Of a DNA stretch of 64,000 nucleotides, positions 41,623-54,895 are shown piece after piece. The translations under genes were made by a program, and so were the position numbers. The stretch comes from Anaeramoeba ignava BMAN (taxonomy: Eukaryota > Protista > Anaeramoebae). Where the stretch lies: the NCBI GenBank assembly GCA_028826165.1, contig JAPDFW010000121.1, forward strand, positions 103,234 to 167,233, given 5' to 3'. Numbering within the stretch: position 1 is the stretch's first letter; the number at the start of each line of letters is the position of its first letter. Below the pieces are notes generated by a model. That model did not search any database and was not told the DNA's origin. It worked only from the letters and a program-made list of their open reading frames with translations.

Positions 41623-44192
41623 ATGATTGAATTTAATCAAAATCTTAAAAAACCAAGAACTGAAGAAGAAATTCAAAAAGAAAATCAAGATAAAACTCAA
41701 AATTTAAAAATTTATTATGGTATTTTATTTTTAAAATTAAAAAATTAAAAATTAATAAAAAAATTAATAAAAAAATAAAGATTATTTCTTTCCTTTTCAA
41801 CAAATTTTTGAATGGCTTTCTTATGGAAATTGTAAATAATAATAAATTTTAAAAAATTAAAAAAATTAAAAAAATTAAAAAAATAATAATAAAAATAATA
41901 AAAAGTGGATTTTTTTCATTTCAGAGAATTTTCATTTCTTTCTTCTAATATAATTAGAAGATTTGTTTCATTTGAAAATGTAACAGAATTTCAAAGATAT
42001 GTTTCAATGAATATTCCCCAAAAAATTGATTATGGAGCAATTTATAATTATCCAGTAAAAAAAAATAAATAATTTCAAATTAAAAAATAAATTTCGAAAA
42101 ATTCAATTCGTTTCAAAAAATCCAAAACCAATAGCCAAATAAAAGGAATGAAATCACTGAATTTCAACCCAAGAAAAAAGAGTTAATTTTTGATATTGAT
42201 ATTACTGATTATGACGATTGTAGAACTTGTTGTTCTGGAACTAATATTTGTAACAAATGCTGGATCTTTTTAGTTGTTGCAATAAAAACTCTCGAATATA
42301 TTTTAAGAAATCAATTTGCTTTTCGCAATATTCTTTGGGTTTTTAGTGGAAGAAGAGGTGTTCATTGTTGGGTTTGTGATAAAACTGTTCTTGATTCTTC
42401 AGATTCTCTTCGCAAAAATATTGTTAATTTTATTTTTTTTGAGAATGATGAAAAAAAACCTTTGACTCCAAATCAACTGTATTTAATAACAATTAATCTA
42501 AATCAAAAATTAAATTGAAAATTAAAATTAAAATGAAAATCAAAATCTAAATCAAAATCAAAATCTAAATATAAATATAAATATAAATCAAAATATAAAT
42601 ATAAATCTAAATCAAAATCAAAATTAAAATTAAAATCAAAACCAAAATCAAAATCTAAATCAAAATCAAAATTAAAATCAAAATCAAAATCAAAATCAAA
42701 ATCAAAATCAAAAATCAAAATCAAAATCAAAATCAAAATCTAAATCAAAATCAAAATCAAAATCAAAATCAAATTTAAAATGAAAATCAAAATCAAAATC
42801 AAAATCAAAATCAAAATCAAAATCAAAATCAAAATCAAAATCAAAATCTAAATTAAAATCAAAATCAAAATCAAAATAAAAAATCAAAATCAAAATCAAA
42901 ATTAAAATTAAAATTAAAATAAAAATTAAAATAAAAATCAAAATCAAAATCAAAATTAAAATCAAAATCTAAATCAAAATCAAAATCTAAATATAAATAT
43001 AAATATAAATCAAAATCTAATTATAAATCAAAATCAAAATCAAAATCAAAATCTAAATCAAAATTAAAATCAAAATCAAAATCAAAATCAAAATCAAAAT
43101 CAAAATCAAAATCAAAATCAAAATCAAAATTAAAATTAAAATCAAAATCAAAAATCAAAATCAAAATCAAAATCAAAATCAAAATTAAAATCAAAATCAA
43201 AATCTAAATCTAAATCTAAATTAAAATCAAAATCAAAATCAAAATCAAAATTAAAATTAAAATTAAAATTAAAATCAAAATTAAAATCAAAATCAAAAAC
43301 AAAAATTAAAATCAAATTTAAAATGAAAATCAAAATTAAAATTAAAATCAAAATCAAAATCAAAATCAAAATAAAAATCAAAATCAAAATCAAAATCAAA
43401 ATCAAAATCAAAATCTAAATCTAAATCTAAATCAAAATTTAAAATTAAAATCAAAATAAATCAAAATCAAAATCAAAATCAAAATCAAAATCAAAATCTA
43501 AATTAAAATCAAAATTAAAATCTAAATTAAAATCAAAATCAATCAAAATCAAAATCAAAATCTAAATTTAAAATCAAAATCAAAATTAAAATCAAAATCT
43601 AAATATAAATCAAAATCAAAATCAAAATCAAAATCAAAATTAAAATAAAAATCAAAATCAAAATCAAATTCAAATTGAAAATCAAAATTAAAATAGGGAA
43701 ATTTATAATGAAATTCTTGAACCATATTTCAAAAAAGTAATTGAAACACAAGAGTTATTTGAAAAACCAGAAAATTGGCAAAAAGTATTAAAATTTGTTA
43801 AAGAAGAAGAAATTCAGAAAAAAATAGAAAAAGATTTTGAACAATTACCAGATTCAAAATCAAGATACGAATATTTACAAACAATGGATTATTCAAAAAT
43901 TTTACCACAAATTATATTTGGAGTAATTTATCCAAGACTTGATATTAATGTGAGCAAAACAATGAATCATTTATTGAAAAGTCCTTTTTGTATTCATCCT
44001 TCAACTCAACAAGTTTGTGTTCCTATTGATCCTCAAAAATGTGAAGATTTTGATCTTAAACTTGTTCCTCAATTAAATAATTTAGTTGATGAATTTAATG
44101 AAAAAGGAATTAATTCAATTCCTCAATCAAAATTTTTAAATTATTATATCAAAAAATTATTTATTCAAGATTTTTTGGATAAATTAAAATGA
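41623..44192 (+). CDS. PRIM1: DNA primase small (catalytic) subunit, 5 exons
   Basis: FPFQQIFEWLSYG, REFSF, KIDYGAIY, KELIFDIDITDYDDCRTCCSG, WVFSGRRGVHCWVCD, YPRLDINVSKTMNHLLKSPFCIHP. Confidence 0.95.
42500..43690. repeat. (TCAAAA/TTAAAA/TCTAAA)n intronic hexamer repeat (~1.2 kb) in the primase gene
   Basis: Lies between the GT at ~42479 and the AG at ~43696. Confidence 0.92.
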
Positions 44193-44387
44193 AAAATTAA
44201 AATTAAATAAAAATCAATTCAATTCAATTCAATTCAATTCAATTCAGACATTTTTATTTTTTAATTAATTAAAAGATCCACTTTTTTTATTTATTAATTT
44301 TTAAATTAAAAAGGAAATTATTTTTTTTTTTCATTTTTTCATTTTTCTTTTTTAAATTTTAAATTTTTTTTATAAAAAAAAAAGTTA

Positions 44388-47300
44388 ATGGATAAAAATA
44401 ATCAAAAAAGGAAAAAAAAGAATAACAAAAAAAAACAACAACAACAACAACAACAACAAGAAAAACAAGAAAAACATGAAAAAAATGTGAATAAAAAGAA
44501 TAAGGATAAAAATAGAAAGAATAATCAAAATGAACAAGAAAAAAATAAGGATAAAAATAAAAAGGATAAAAAGAATAATCAAAATGAACAAGAAAAGAAT
44601 AAGGATAAAAAGGATAAGAAGAATAATCAAAATGAACAAGAAAAACATGTGAATAAAAAGAATGAAAAGAAAAAGGATAAAAAGAATAAGAATAAAAAGA
44701 ATGAAAAGGATAAAAAGGATAAAAAGGATAAAAAGGATAAAAAGGATAAAAAGGATAAAAATAAAAAGGATAAAAATAATAATCAAAATGAAAAAGAAAA
44801 GGATAAAAATAAAAAGAATGAAAAGAATGAAAATAAAAAGAATGAAAAGAATAATCAAAATGAACAAGAAAAGAAAAAGGATAAAAAGAATAAGGATAAA
44901 AATAAAAAGGATAAAAATAATAATCAAAATGAACAAGAAAAGAAAAAGGATAAAAAGAATAAGGATAAAAATAAAAAGAATAATCAAAATCAAATTCAAA
45001 ATCAAAATCAAAATCAAATTCAAATTCAAAATGAAAATCAAATTCAAAATCAAAATCAAATTCAAATTCAAAATCAAAATCAAAATCAAAATGAAAACCA
45101 AAATGAAAATCAAAATCTAAATCAAAATGAAAATGAAAATCAAAATCAAAATCAAAATCAAAATCAAAATGAAAATGAAAATGAAAATGAAAATCAAAAT
45201 CTAAATTCAAAACAACAAAAACAAGAACAAAAAAAAAAAACAAAACAAAAACAAGAATTAATCCAAAAGATCCAAAAAATAGAAGAAGAAACTAAAACAA
45301 TAATCGAAAAAATCAAATCATATCAGAATGATCCTAAATATAAAATATCTATAAACGAGTTCAAAGAACAAAAACAACTGAAAATCAAAACAATCGAAAA
45401 TTTAAATACAATATACAAAGATGCAAAAAAATTGCTCAAAGATTACAAAAATATACATATGGACTTGAGCGGAGAACAAGGAGAAAATGATAATTCACCT
45501 TCTGATCCACTTTCCAAAAAAATACCAAATTTATATCGAATTATAACAGTGATAAAGGATTTATTTGAAGCAACATCTATTGATAAATGTGTTATTGAAA
45601 AAGGTCAAATTCATCGTCTTTTTACAAACGAAAAAATGGAAAGACTTAAAGATGAGAAAATGACAATAATTCAATTTGATGAATTAAATAAGAAAAAATT
45701 CCATCCTATCGGTGTTTATGGAACAAAAGAAGCAGTATTACAATTTCTTGGGAAATTATCACCGAAATTTTATGGAGATTTAAAGGAATTTACGCCAAAG
45801 ATGGAACCAGGATTATATTTGTGGATTAACAAAAAAACAAAATCCAAACGCTTTGAAAATATCATATTTTTATGGCCAGGTCATTTTGAAATATTTGCTT
45901 CTAATCAAAGAAGTTCTATTATTACACTTTTATTGAGATTTTTATATGAGCTTTGTGATGAAGTTGTGCTATTTTATGATGAAAAAGAGCAATTCCCAAG
46001 TAATTTGATTAGCAATGAAAATATATTCTATGAAAAACAAAAAAGATTCAACAAACATTTTCCTTGTATGATTGATTTCAAACCTGTATTAAGTTCACAA
46101 GGAGATGAATTTCGAATTACAAAAGGATTTTCAACCCGAAATTCAATCCCTTTAAATTCACCATTTTTCGATAGTAATGCCCAGCTTTTGTTTACTAAGG
46201 GATGGCTGAAAAAAGAATTTCTTTTCAGAACACAAACAGAATTTGGACTGAATACCATCGAAAGCTCTAAAACAATCAATCAAGATTCTAGTCAATTTTT
46301 GAAGGTTTTCGAGAAGAAACAAGTATTATTCGATCAACTGAATGATAATGATTTAATTAACTTTATTAAAATTTTGAGGAAATGGAGAAACGAAATGAAA
46401 AAAAACACTCCTAAGAATTTGATTCATAAAATCGTTTCCATCCCAGAAATTTCCAATATAAAAGCAAAAGAAAAAATCGATTTGAAAATTATTAGAAAGA
46501 AAATGAGAGATGTTTTCAAAGATGAAAATCAAGATGCAAATGTAATTTGGAATATCACCAAATTTATTTCTGTAAGAAAAAATTACTTTTCCTCTTACTC
46601 TATTGAGATTCATTACAAGGAAAAGAGATTAATTGAAGGAATGATTGAATATCAAACTTACAGAATAATCATTCCAACTCAATCAATGGAAAAATTAGGG
46701 ACATATGCCGATACCCCTGATTCAGATAAAAGCATTGCAAAAATTCCAATGAATCTTCTTTTATCCAAAAAATGGATTGATTCAAAAATTGATCAAAATC
46801 TTGTTTTCCTTTATATTTTCCAAAAAGGAGATGCAATTAAAGCAACAGAAACCCAAGTTGATCATGAAATTTTCACAAGAATTTATCATCTTGATCCATC
46901 AAAACCTTACACTGATACAAATCAACCATTAACTAATATAATTCCTGGGAAAATTCCATTCATTTCATTTGACGAAACTAGTTCAATTCTTGCTTTATAT
47001 CAAATCATTGGAAGAAAAGGAAAAAATAGAAATAACAATAACAATAACAATAACAATAACAATAATAATAATAACAACAACAAATTTTCCCATAACTTAA
47101 ACATTTTCCAATACGACCAAGACACAAAAACATTAACTGAAATTTATACAAAAGAACTAACACAACTTTGGTCAGAAGCAAATGAAACAGGACAGCCAAT
47201 TCTTCAACAACTTCATGTTGTTCCCAATAAAAGAGATATCTTGTTACTTCGTAAAAATAAACTTTTGTTATTCCATCTTTCAGATCTTTCCATTGATCGT

Positions 47301-50300
47301 GAAAACCTCGATTTATCCAATTTGGGTTATAAAGAAGGAACACTGAATATTATGTTTACGACACACCCTTTCCTTCTATTATTATATTACAATTCTTTAG
47401 AAAATCAATGGATTCTTCAAATAATCACAATATCAACTGAATTTGAAACAAATACAAGAATCTTCCAGAATATCAAAACAATGAAACTTCCAGATTCTAA
47501 CATCTCTGATAAAACACAATTCTCAATATTTCAATTACAAGGACTAAATTTTATTGTTGGATTTGATAGCGAGAACAAGAAGCAACACATAATCTGTTAC
47601 AGAATAATCATTAAAACAAAACAAGGAACAATTACAACAAAATCATCAATTAGATTTTTCGAAAAGAACCCAAATATTGAGGCTATTCCTTACTCTTTAA
47701 ACTCTTTACTCGATTACTGGTATTTCATTTTCGACAAATTTCCGACTTATTCCAAATATTCATTGCCTCAAAGAGAATCAACACTAAATATTGTACTTTC
47801 CGATAATACAATTTTGAAAGAACCCGAGAAAATTATAAACTATTTGCGAAGTATATTTAGCGAAGATATAAAGAAGCCAATTAGTAAAATCAAAATTAAT
47901 TTTGAGGTTTCCACTTTAACTAAATTCAGTAAATCCAAGATTTTTAATTCAGATAATTTATGGCCTTTCGGAGATTGGCTTCAGAAATTGATTTGTTTGA
48001 TTCCTTTACAAATTGCAAGGTTTTATTATGAAGATTTTCTTCCATTAGCTGATGGAGCTCAGTTTGATTGGCTAAGTGATCTTTCCAAAGCAGAAAAAGT
48101 GGAAGAAAATATATTTGCGATGAGAGCATATGAATTAGCAGAACAAATTAGATTTGGATTATATGAATCGATATTTAATTTCTATCAAGTACCTGTTATA
48201 GTGATATCATGTAGTGGAAATCAATCAAGTGGGAAAAGTACTTTTCTGAATCATTTAGCTGGGTAAAAATCAATATTCCAAAAATATTCCAAAAATATTC
48301 AAATTATTAATTAAATTAATAATATTTAAATTAATTAAATTAAATTAATTAAATTATTAATATTTAAATTAAATTAATTAAATTAATAATATTTAAATTA
48401 TTAATTAAATTATTTAAATTAAATTAATTAAATTAATATTTAAATTATTAATATTCAAATTAATAATATTCAAATTAATAATATTCAAATTAATAATATT
48501 CAAATTATTAATATTCAAATTAATAATATTCAAATTAATATTCAAATTATTAATATTCAAATTAATATTCAAAGTTCATTCTTCGATGTTGCTGGTGGAA
48601 GATGTACTGATGGCGTTTGGATGACTGTTAGATACTCTCCGGAAGAAAAAAAATTATTCACATTTTTAGATTTTGAAGGATTGGGAAGTTTTGAAAAAAC
48701 ACAACAACAAGACATGATGTCAGCATTATTTGGAGCAGCAGTTAGTAATCTAATGATTTTAAGAACAACAATGCAATTTGATAGATATACAAGAACAATG
48801 CTAGAAAATTGGGCAGCAGGAGCAAGACATCTTAAATTTGAAGAAAGTAAATTTTTGTTTGGAGGAAGACTGCTGTTTAATCCAAGAGATTGCCAATTGA
48901 GTCAACTTGAATCTGTCGGGAATTCTTTTGGACAAAAATGTTCAGAAACAATTTTGAAATATAATGATAATTTAAGAAAAGGAAAAAGAAAACAATCCGA
49001 AAAAGAAGAAAAATTATTATTATCAATGTTTAAAAGATTATCAACAATCCCATTTCCAACATTCCCTTCAGATGAATATTTCAAATATATTGATTATGTT
49101 ATTCCGCAAGCAACAAAACCAAGATTTGAAACTGGAACAATTTTTTTGACTCATGTCAAACAATTTTTAACCCAACTATCAATCAAAGATTTTGGATCCA
49201 TTGATAAAGCATATCAAGAAAAAGCAAAGAATTATATAAAAGCCATTCTGGATGATGTAATTCATGGAGGAGGATTTTCTCCTTTTGAAATGGAAAAAAT
49301 TGATCCACAAAATTTGAAGAAATGGAAAGAACAAATGCAAAAACCAAGAATTTCTTTACAAAAATACAATGCGGTTGTTGAAGAAGAAACTTCACTTTTG
49401 TTTACATTTAAACTTTCGAAAAAGGAAAGCAAACTATTTCAAGAGAATCAAGTGAAGAATAACAACAAAAAGGATGATTCCAAAGTTGTTAGTAATGAAA
49501 AACGAGAATGGACAATCCAAATTTTAAATTATGAAGATTCGGGATTATTATTTGGACCAATAAGAGGGATGAAAATTGATAAAGAATCAGAAGATGAATT
49601 CATGAACTCTTTGGTTCTGATCCAAAAGGATTTTTTTGAGCAGAATATTCTGCCAAGAAAAGAAGGATATTATGAGATTTGGCACAAAATTTTCCAATCT
49701 TTCCTCAAAGCACTTATTAAACGAAGAACAAAAAAAGCAATAAAATGGATTGAGTCTTGGAAGAAAGAATTCGAGGAGGGATTCCAAGGAATAGGAAAAG
49801 GAGAGTTTGAAACAATTGAAAGAGAGATTAAGGAGAAGTGCAAAACACTGAAAAATCAATGGATATTATGTCCAATTCGATGCGATAAGTGTTTTTTCAA
49901 GTGTTTGCATCTTAAAGAACATTCCAAAAAAACACCCCATGATTGTTTCAATGGAACCCACCAGTGCCAACATAATTGTGAATACTGCGAAAAAGAAAAC
50001 ATCATTACCAAGTGCATATTTCAATTAGGACATCATGGAAAGCATATTTGCAATAAACCGCACACTTGTGGAAAAACTTGTTCATTATCCAAATTTACAA
50101 ATTGCCAGCAAATATGCTGTTTGGACCAAGGACACACAGGACCTTGCATGTGCAATATTGGAGAGAATAACCATCTTTGTGGAAAGCCTTGCTCAGTTAG
50201 TTTTGAATCAATCATTAATGAAAATGGAGACAAACAAAAAATTACTTGCCAAGAAAAATGCACTTTACCTTATAATCACAAAAAGCCTTGCGATTGCCAA

Positions 50301-51921
50301 AAAATTGGATGTCCTGCAAAATGTCCGATTTGCGGAAATCCTTGCAAATCGAATGATCATTTCCACGGAATGAAAGAACCAAATGCTATTCATTTTTGTG
50401 GAAGAGAGCATATTTGCATTCATGAATGCCAACAAGGAATATGCCAAATTGATAACCGAAGAATTTTCGGTAAAAAAGTTGTGAAAACAATTTCGGGACA
50501 AGAAATTGAGTTTAATGAATACACAGAACAAAACGGGAAGCATAAACAATGTGTATTAAAAATTCCGCCAAACAAATTCACTCATCAAGAACAGCACACT
50601 TGCTTAATTGAGGGACAATATAATCCCAATAAGGAATATCATTATTGCGGTTATCAATGCAAATCCTGTGGATATTTCTGTTCTCTTCCAAAAGGCCATA
50701 CTGGGTCTCATTTTTGTCAACATGGAAATATGAGAAATAGCACACTTGTTACTCAGAAAGGACAAGATACAATTCAATTCAATAAAATCAACTTACGAAC
50801 AGGCGAAAGTGCAAAACCCTTCATATGCACTCATCAATGCATTCTTTTTGGAAGAGGTCACATGCACTTGATCCCAAAGGATTTCGACTTGAGTCATGTT
50901 CCTGAAGAAGACAGAAAATATATCAGACCTGCTAAGAACGAATATAGCGATAATCGCGAATATTATGAGTCAACTTGCTATTTTTATTGGAAGTATTATC
51001 TCCAATTCGAAAGTGGATTTAGCGAAGAGGAAAAAGAGGAATTCAAGCTTTGTGGAGCAATGTGCGGCTCCAAATTCCATGAAAATGAAGAAGATAAGCT
51101 GCAGGAAAACAACCAACAGCCAATAAACGTTGAACAAATTGTTTCCAAAAGAAATACTCAACATTCGCCTTATTGTGTTCTTGAAATGTGGCATGATTTA
51201 TGGGATCCAAAAGAAATGCCTGATGGACAAAGACAAGGTTATACTTCAACAGATGGTCATTTCTTTCCTTGCAATCATCCCAATGCTGGTGGATTTGCAA
51301 ATTATCACCACTATCTTGTTATTGACAGATCAAGTTCAATGGAGAGGTGGTGATTCCAAACCATCTCAATATGATTGGATAAAGAACTCAAATAATAACA
51401 GATTGGGTGCAGTTTATGAATGTTGTATCAACTACTTAGATTTAAGATTGCAAAATAATAAAGAAGATAAATGCTCTTTTGTTGTTTTTGATAATAAAGC
51501 TGATCTGCTTTTTGAATCAAAAACAGTCGATCCAAATTTAATTCGAGGTTATTGCCAGAATATAAAACCAAGAGGAGGAACTTCATTTGGAACAGGATTT
51601 CAAGTTGTTTTTGATTTACTAAGCAGATTAAATGAACAAGAAAAACAAGCAAGACCTGTTATTGTTCTTTTAACTGATGGTCATGATGGAAATACTCAAA
51701 ACACTCTGAATATTCTTCAAGAAAAAGTTCCTCAATTTCCTGATCTTGTTATTCATACTGTTGGATTTGGTTTAGGTGCAAGTCGTACATTTTTAGAACA
51801 AATTGCTAATTTGGGAAAAGGTAAATTTCATCAAGCAAACGATGATATTCAATTAGCTGAAGTTTTCAAAAGTCTTGCTAAAGAACCAGCAAAAGGAGGA
51901 TTTGTTTTAGAAAAGAAATGA
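44388..51921 (+). CDS. Very large (~2400 aa) protein: K/N/D/Q-rich N-terminus, GBP/VLIG/atlastin-type P-loop GTPase, Cys/His-rich repeats, C-terminal vWA domain
   Basis: Intron 48263-48574 joins [16 protein letters not shown]|[16 protein letters not shown]...LDFEGLGS (G1-G3); Cys-rich region ~49860-51290; VIDRSSSM / GGTSF / LLTDG vWA MIDAS motif, reached through a 1-nt frameshift at ~51342. Confidence 0.82.
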
Positions 51922-51929
51922 ATTTATTT

Positions 51930-51962
<33 letters not shown>

Positions 51963-52129
51963 TTAAAATTCAATTAAAATTCAATTAAAATGAGAACAAA
52001 AATTAAATTTATTTATAAGAAGAGAAAAAAAAATAATCTTAATTTGAATTTTCATGGTTTTCGATTTCTTCTATTAAAGGAAAAGATGAAAAATTATATT
52101 CATTTTCATTTTCAATTTCTAAATCATTT

Positions 52130-53087
52130 TCAATTTTCATATTCATTTTCATATTCATTTTCATATTCATTTTCAGAAAAATTAGGAGAATTTTGAGGAT
52201 TAGTTTCTTCAATAAAAATCATATCATTATTTGAATCACTATTTAAGTCATCTTCTTCAAATTCAATAGAAATTTGTGAAATATCTTTATCTAAAAAAGT
52301 AGAATATTTTTTAAAAATTTCCAAAAGAATTTTTTGAGGAGAAACATAAGGAATTATTTGTGCTTGAGAAGGATCAAGAACTTGAGGTTTTTTAAAGAAA
52401 AAGGGAATTACAGAGAGTTCTTCTTGAGAAATATTTGGAATTAATTTTAAAAATCTTTTTCTTGTTGTTTTGATTACAAGACGTTTTTCTGGAGGATTTT
52501 GTTCAATTTCTGAATCTGTAATTTTTCTTTTTTTTCTTGTTAATCTTCTTTCTTTATTATTTCTAGGAAAATTATAAGTTCGAAATATATTTTGATTTCT
52601 AAATGAATTTTGATTTTGATTTTGATTTCTAAATGAATTTTGATTTAGATTTCCAAATGAATTTTGATTTTGATTTCCAAATAAATTTTGATTTTGATTT
52701 CCAAATGAATTTTGTTTTTGATTTTGATTTTGATTTCCAAATAAATTTTGATTTTGATTTTGATTTGAATTTAAAGATAAATTTCTAAATAAATTCGAAT
52801 TCCTTCTTATTTTTGGTTCATATTTGTAAAAAATCCGATTGTTTATGTTTTGCTTTCCCTTTTTCTTCAAATCCTAAATCATTTGGTTCTTGAATAATTG
52901 GTTCGTAATTTGTTCTTTTTGTGTTTTCTTCATTTATATTTGAATTATCACTTGAAATTTCTTCAATCATAAATGTCTGATTTTTTAAATTTGTTTCTTT
53001 ATTATTTTCTTGATTTATTGTAAAAGAATTTTTATTTAAATTTAAATTTAAATTTGAATTTAAATTGGGAAAAAAACTTTTAATCAT
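52130..53087 (-). CDS. Hypothetical low-complexity protein (NQN-LFG/SFG repeats, basic NLS-like patch), one frameshift near 52860
   Basis: The overlapping ORFs 52818-53087 and 52130-52870 have coding-like composition; no recognisable domain. Confidence 0.5.
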
Positions 53088-53204
53088 TTTTTAAATAAAT
53101 AAAAAATAAAAAAAAATAAAAAAAATAAAAAAAAATTTTTTCTTTTATACTGAGAAGTGATCTTTTTCACGGCTTAAACGAAAAAAAAATAAATAAAAAA
53201 CTTT

Positions 53205-54792
53205 TAATTAAATATTTTATTAATAATTTAATAATAAAAATTAATATAAAAAATTAAAATAAAATTATAAATTATTTATAAATTATATTTTATATTAATT
53301 TATATTATTAAGTATTAATTAAATATATTATCAAAAATGAATATAAAATTAATTAAATATTTTATTAATAATTTAATAATAAAAATTAATATAAAAATTA
53401 AAATAAAATTATAAATTATTTATAAATTATATTTTATATTAATTTATATTATTAAGTATTAATTAAATATATTATCAAAAATGAATATAAAATTAATTAA
53501 ATATTTTATTAATAATTTTAATAATAAAAATTAATATAAAAAATTAAAATAAAATTATAAATTATTTATAAATTATATTTTATATTAATTTATATTATTA
53601 AGTATTAATTAAATATGTTAATAAAAATAAATATAAAATTAATTAAATATTTTATCAATAATTTAATAATAAAAATTAATATAAAAATTAAAATAAAATT
53701 ATAAATTATTTATAAATTATATTTTATATTAATTTATATTATTAAGTATTAATTAAATATATTAAGAAAAATAAATATAAAATTAATTAAATATTTTATT
53801 AATATTTTAATAATAAAAATTAATATAAAAAATTAAAATAAAATTATAAATTATTTATAAATTATATTTTATATTAATTTATATTATTAAGTATTAATTA
53901 AATATATTAAGAAAAATAAATATAAAATTAATTAAATATTTTATTAATATTTAATAATAAAAATTAATATAAAAATTAAAATAAAATTATAAATTATTTA
54001 TAAATTATATTTTATATTAATTTATATTATTAAGTATTAATTAAATATATTAAGAAAAATGAATATAAAATTAATTAAATATTTTATTAATATTTTAATA
54101 ATAAAAATTAAAATAAAAATTAAAATAAACTTATAAATTATTTATAAATTATATTTTATATTAATTTATATTATTAATTATTAATTAAATATATTATCAA
54201 AATGAATATAAAATTAATTAAATATTTTATTAATAATTTAATAATAAAAATTAATATAAAAATTAAAATAAACTTATAAATTATTTATAAATTATATTTT
54301 ATATTAATTTATATTATTAAATATTAATTAAATATAATATTAAAAATAAATATAAAATTAATTAAATATTTTATTAATAATTTAATAATAAAAATTAATA
54401 TAAAAATTAAAATAAACTTATAAATTATTTATAAATTATATTTTATATTAATTTATATTATTAAGTATTAATTAAATATATTAAGAAAAATAAATATAAA
54501 ATTAATTAAATATTTTATTAATATTTTAATAATAAAAATTAATATAAAAATTAAAATAAAATTATAAATTATTTATAAATTATATTTTATATTAATTTAT
54601 ATTATTAAGTATTAATTAAATATATTATTAAAAATGAATATAAAATTAATTAAATATTTTATTAATATTTTAATAATAAAAATTAAAATAAAAAATTAAA
54701 ATAAACTTATAAATTATTTATAAATTATATTTTATATTAATTTATATTATTAAGTATTAATTAAATATATTAATAAAAATGAATATAAAATT
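53205..54792. repeat. AT-rich tandem array 4, ~144-bp unit, ~11 copies
   Basis: Landmark TATTAAGTATTAATT with G at 53312, 53456, 53602, 53746, 53891, 54034, 54465, 54609 and 54754. Confidence 0.95.
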
Positions 54793-54895
54793 GGCAAAGG
54801 AATTGTTCTTTATTTCTTTAAGAAAAATGTAATCTAAAAAAAAAAGAAAAAGTGGAAAAAAAATTTGGAAAATGTTTTTAATTTTTAGTTGTTAA

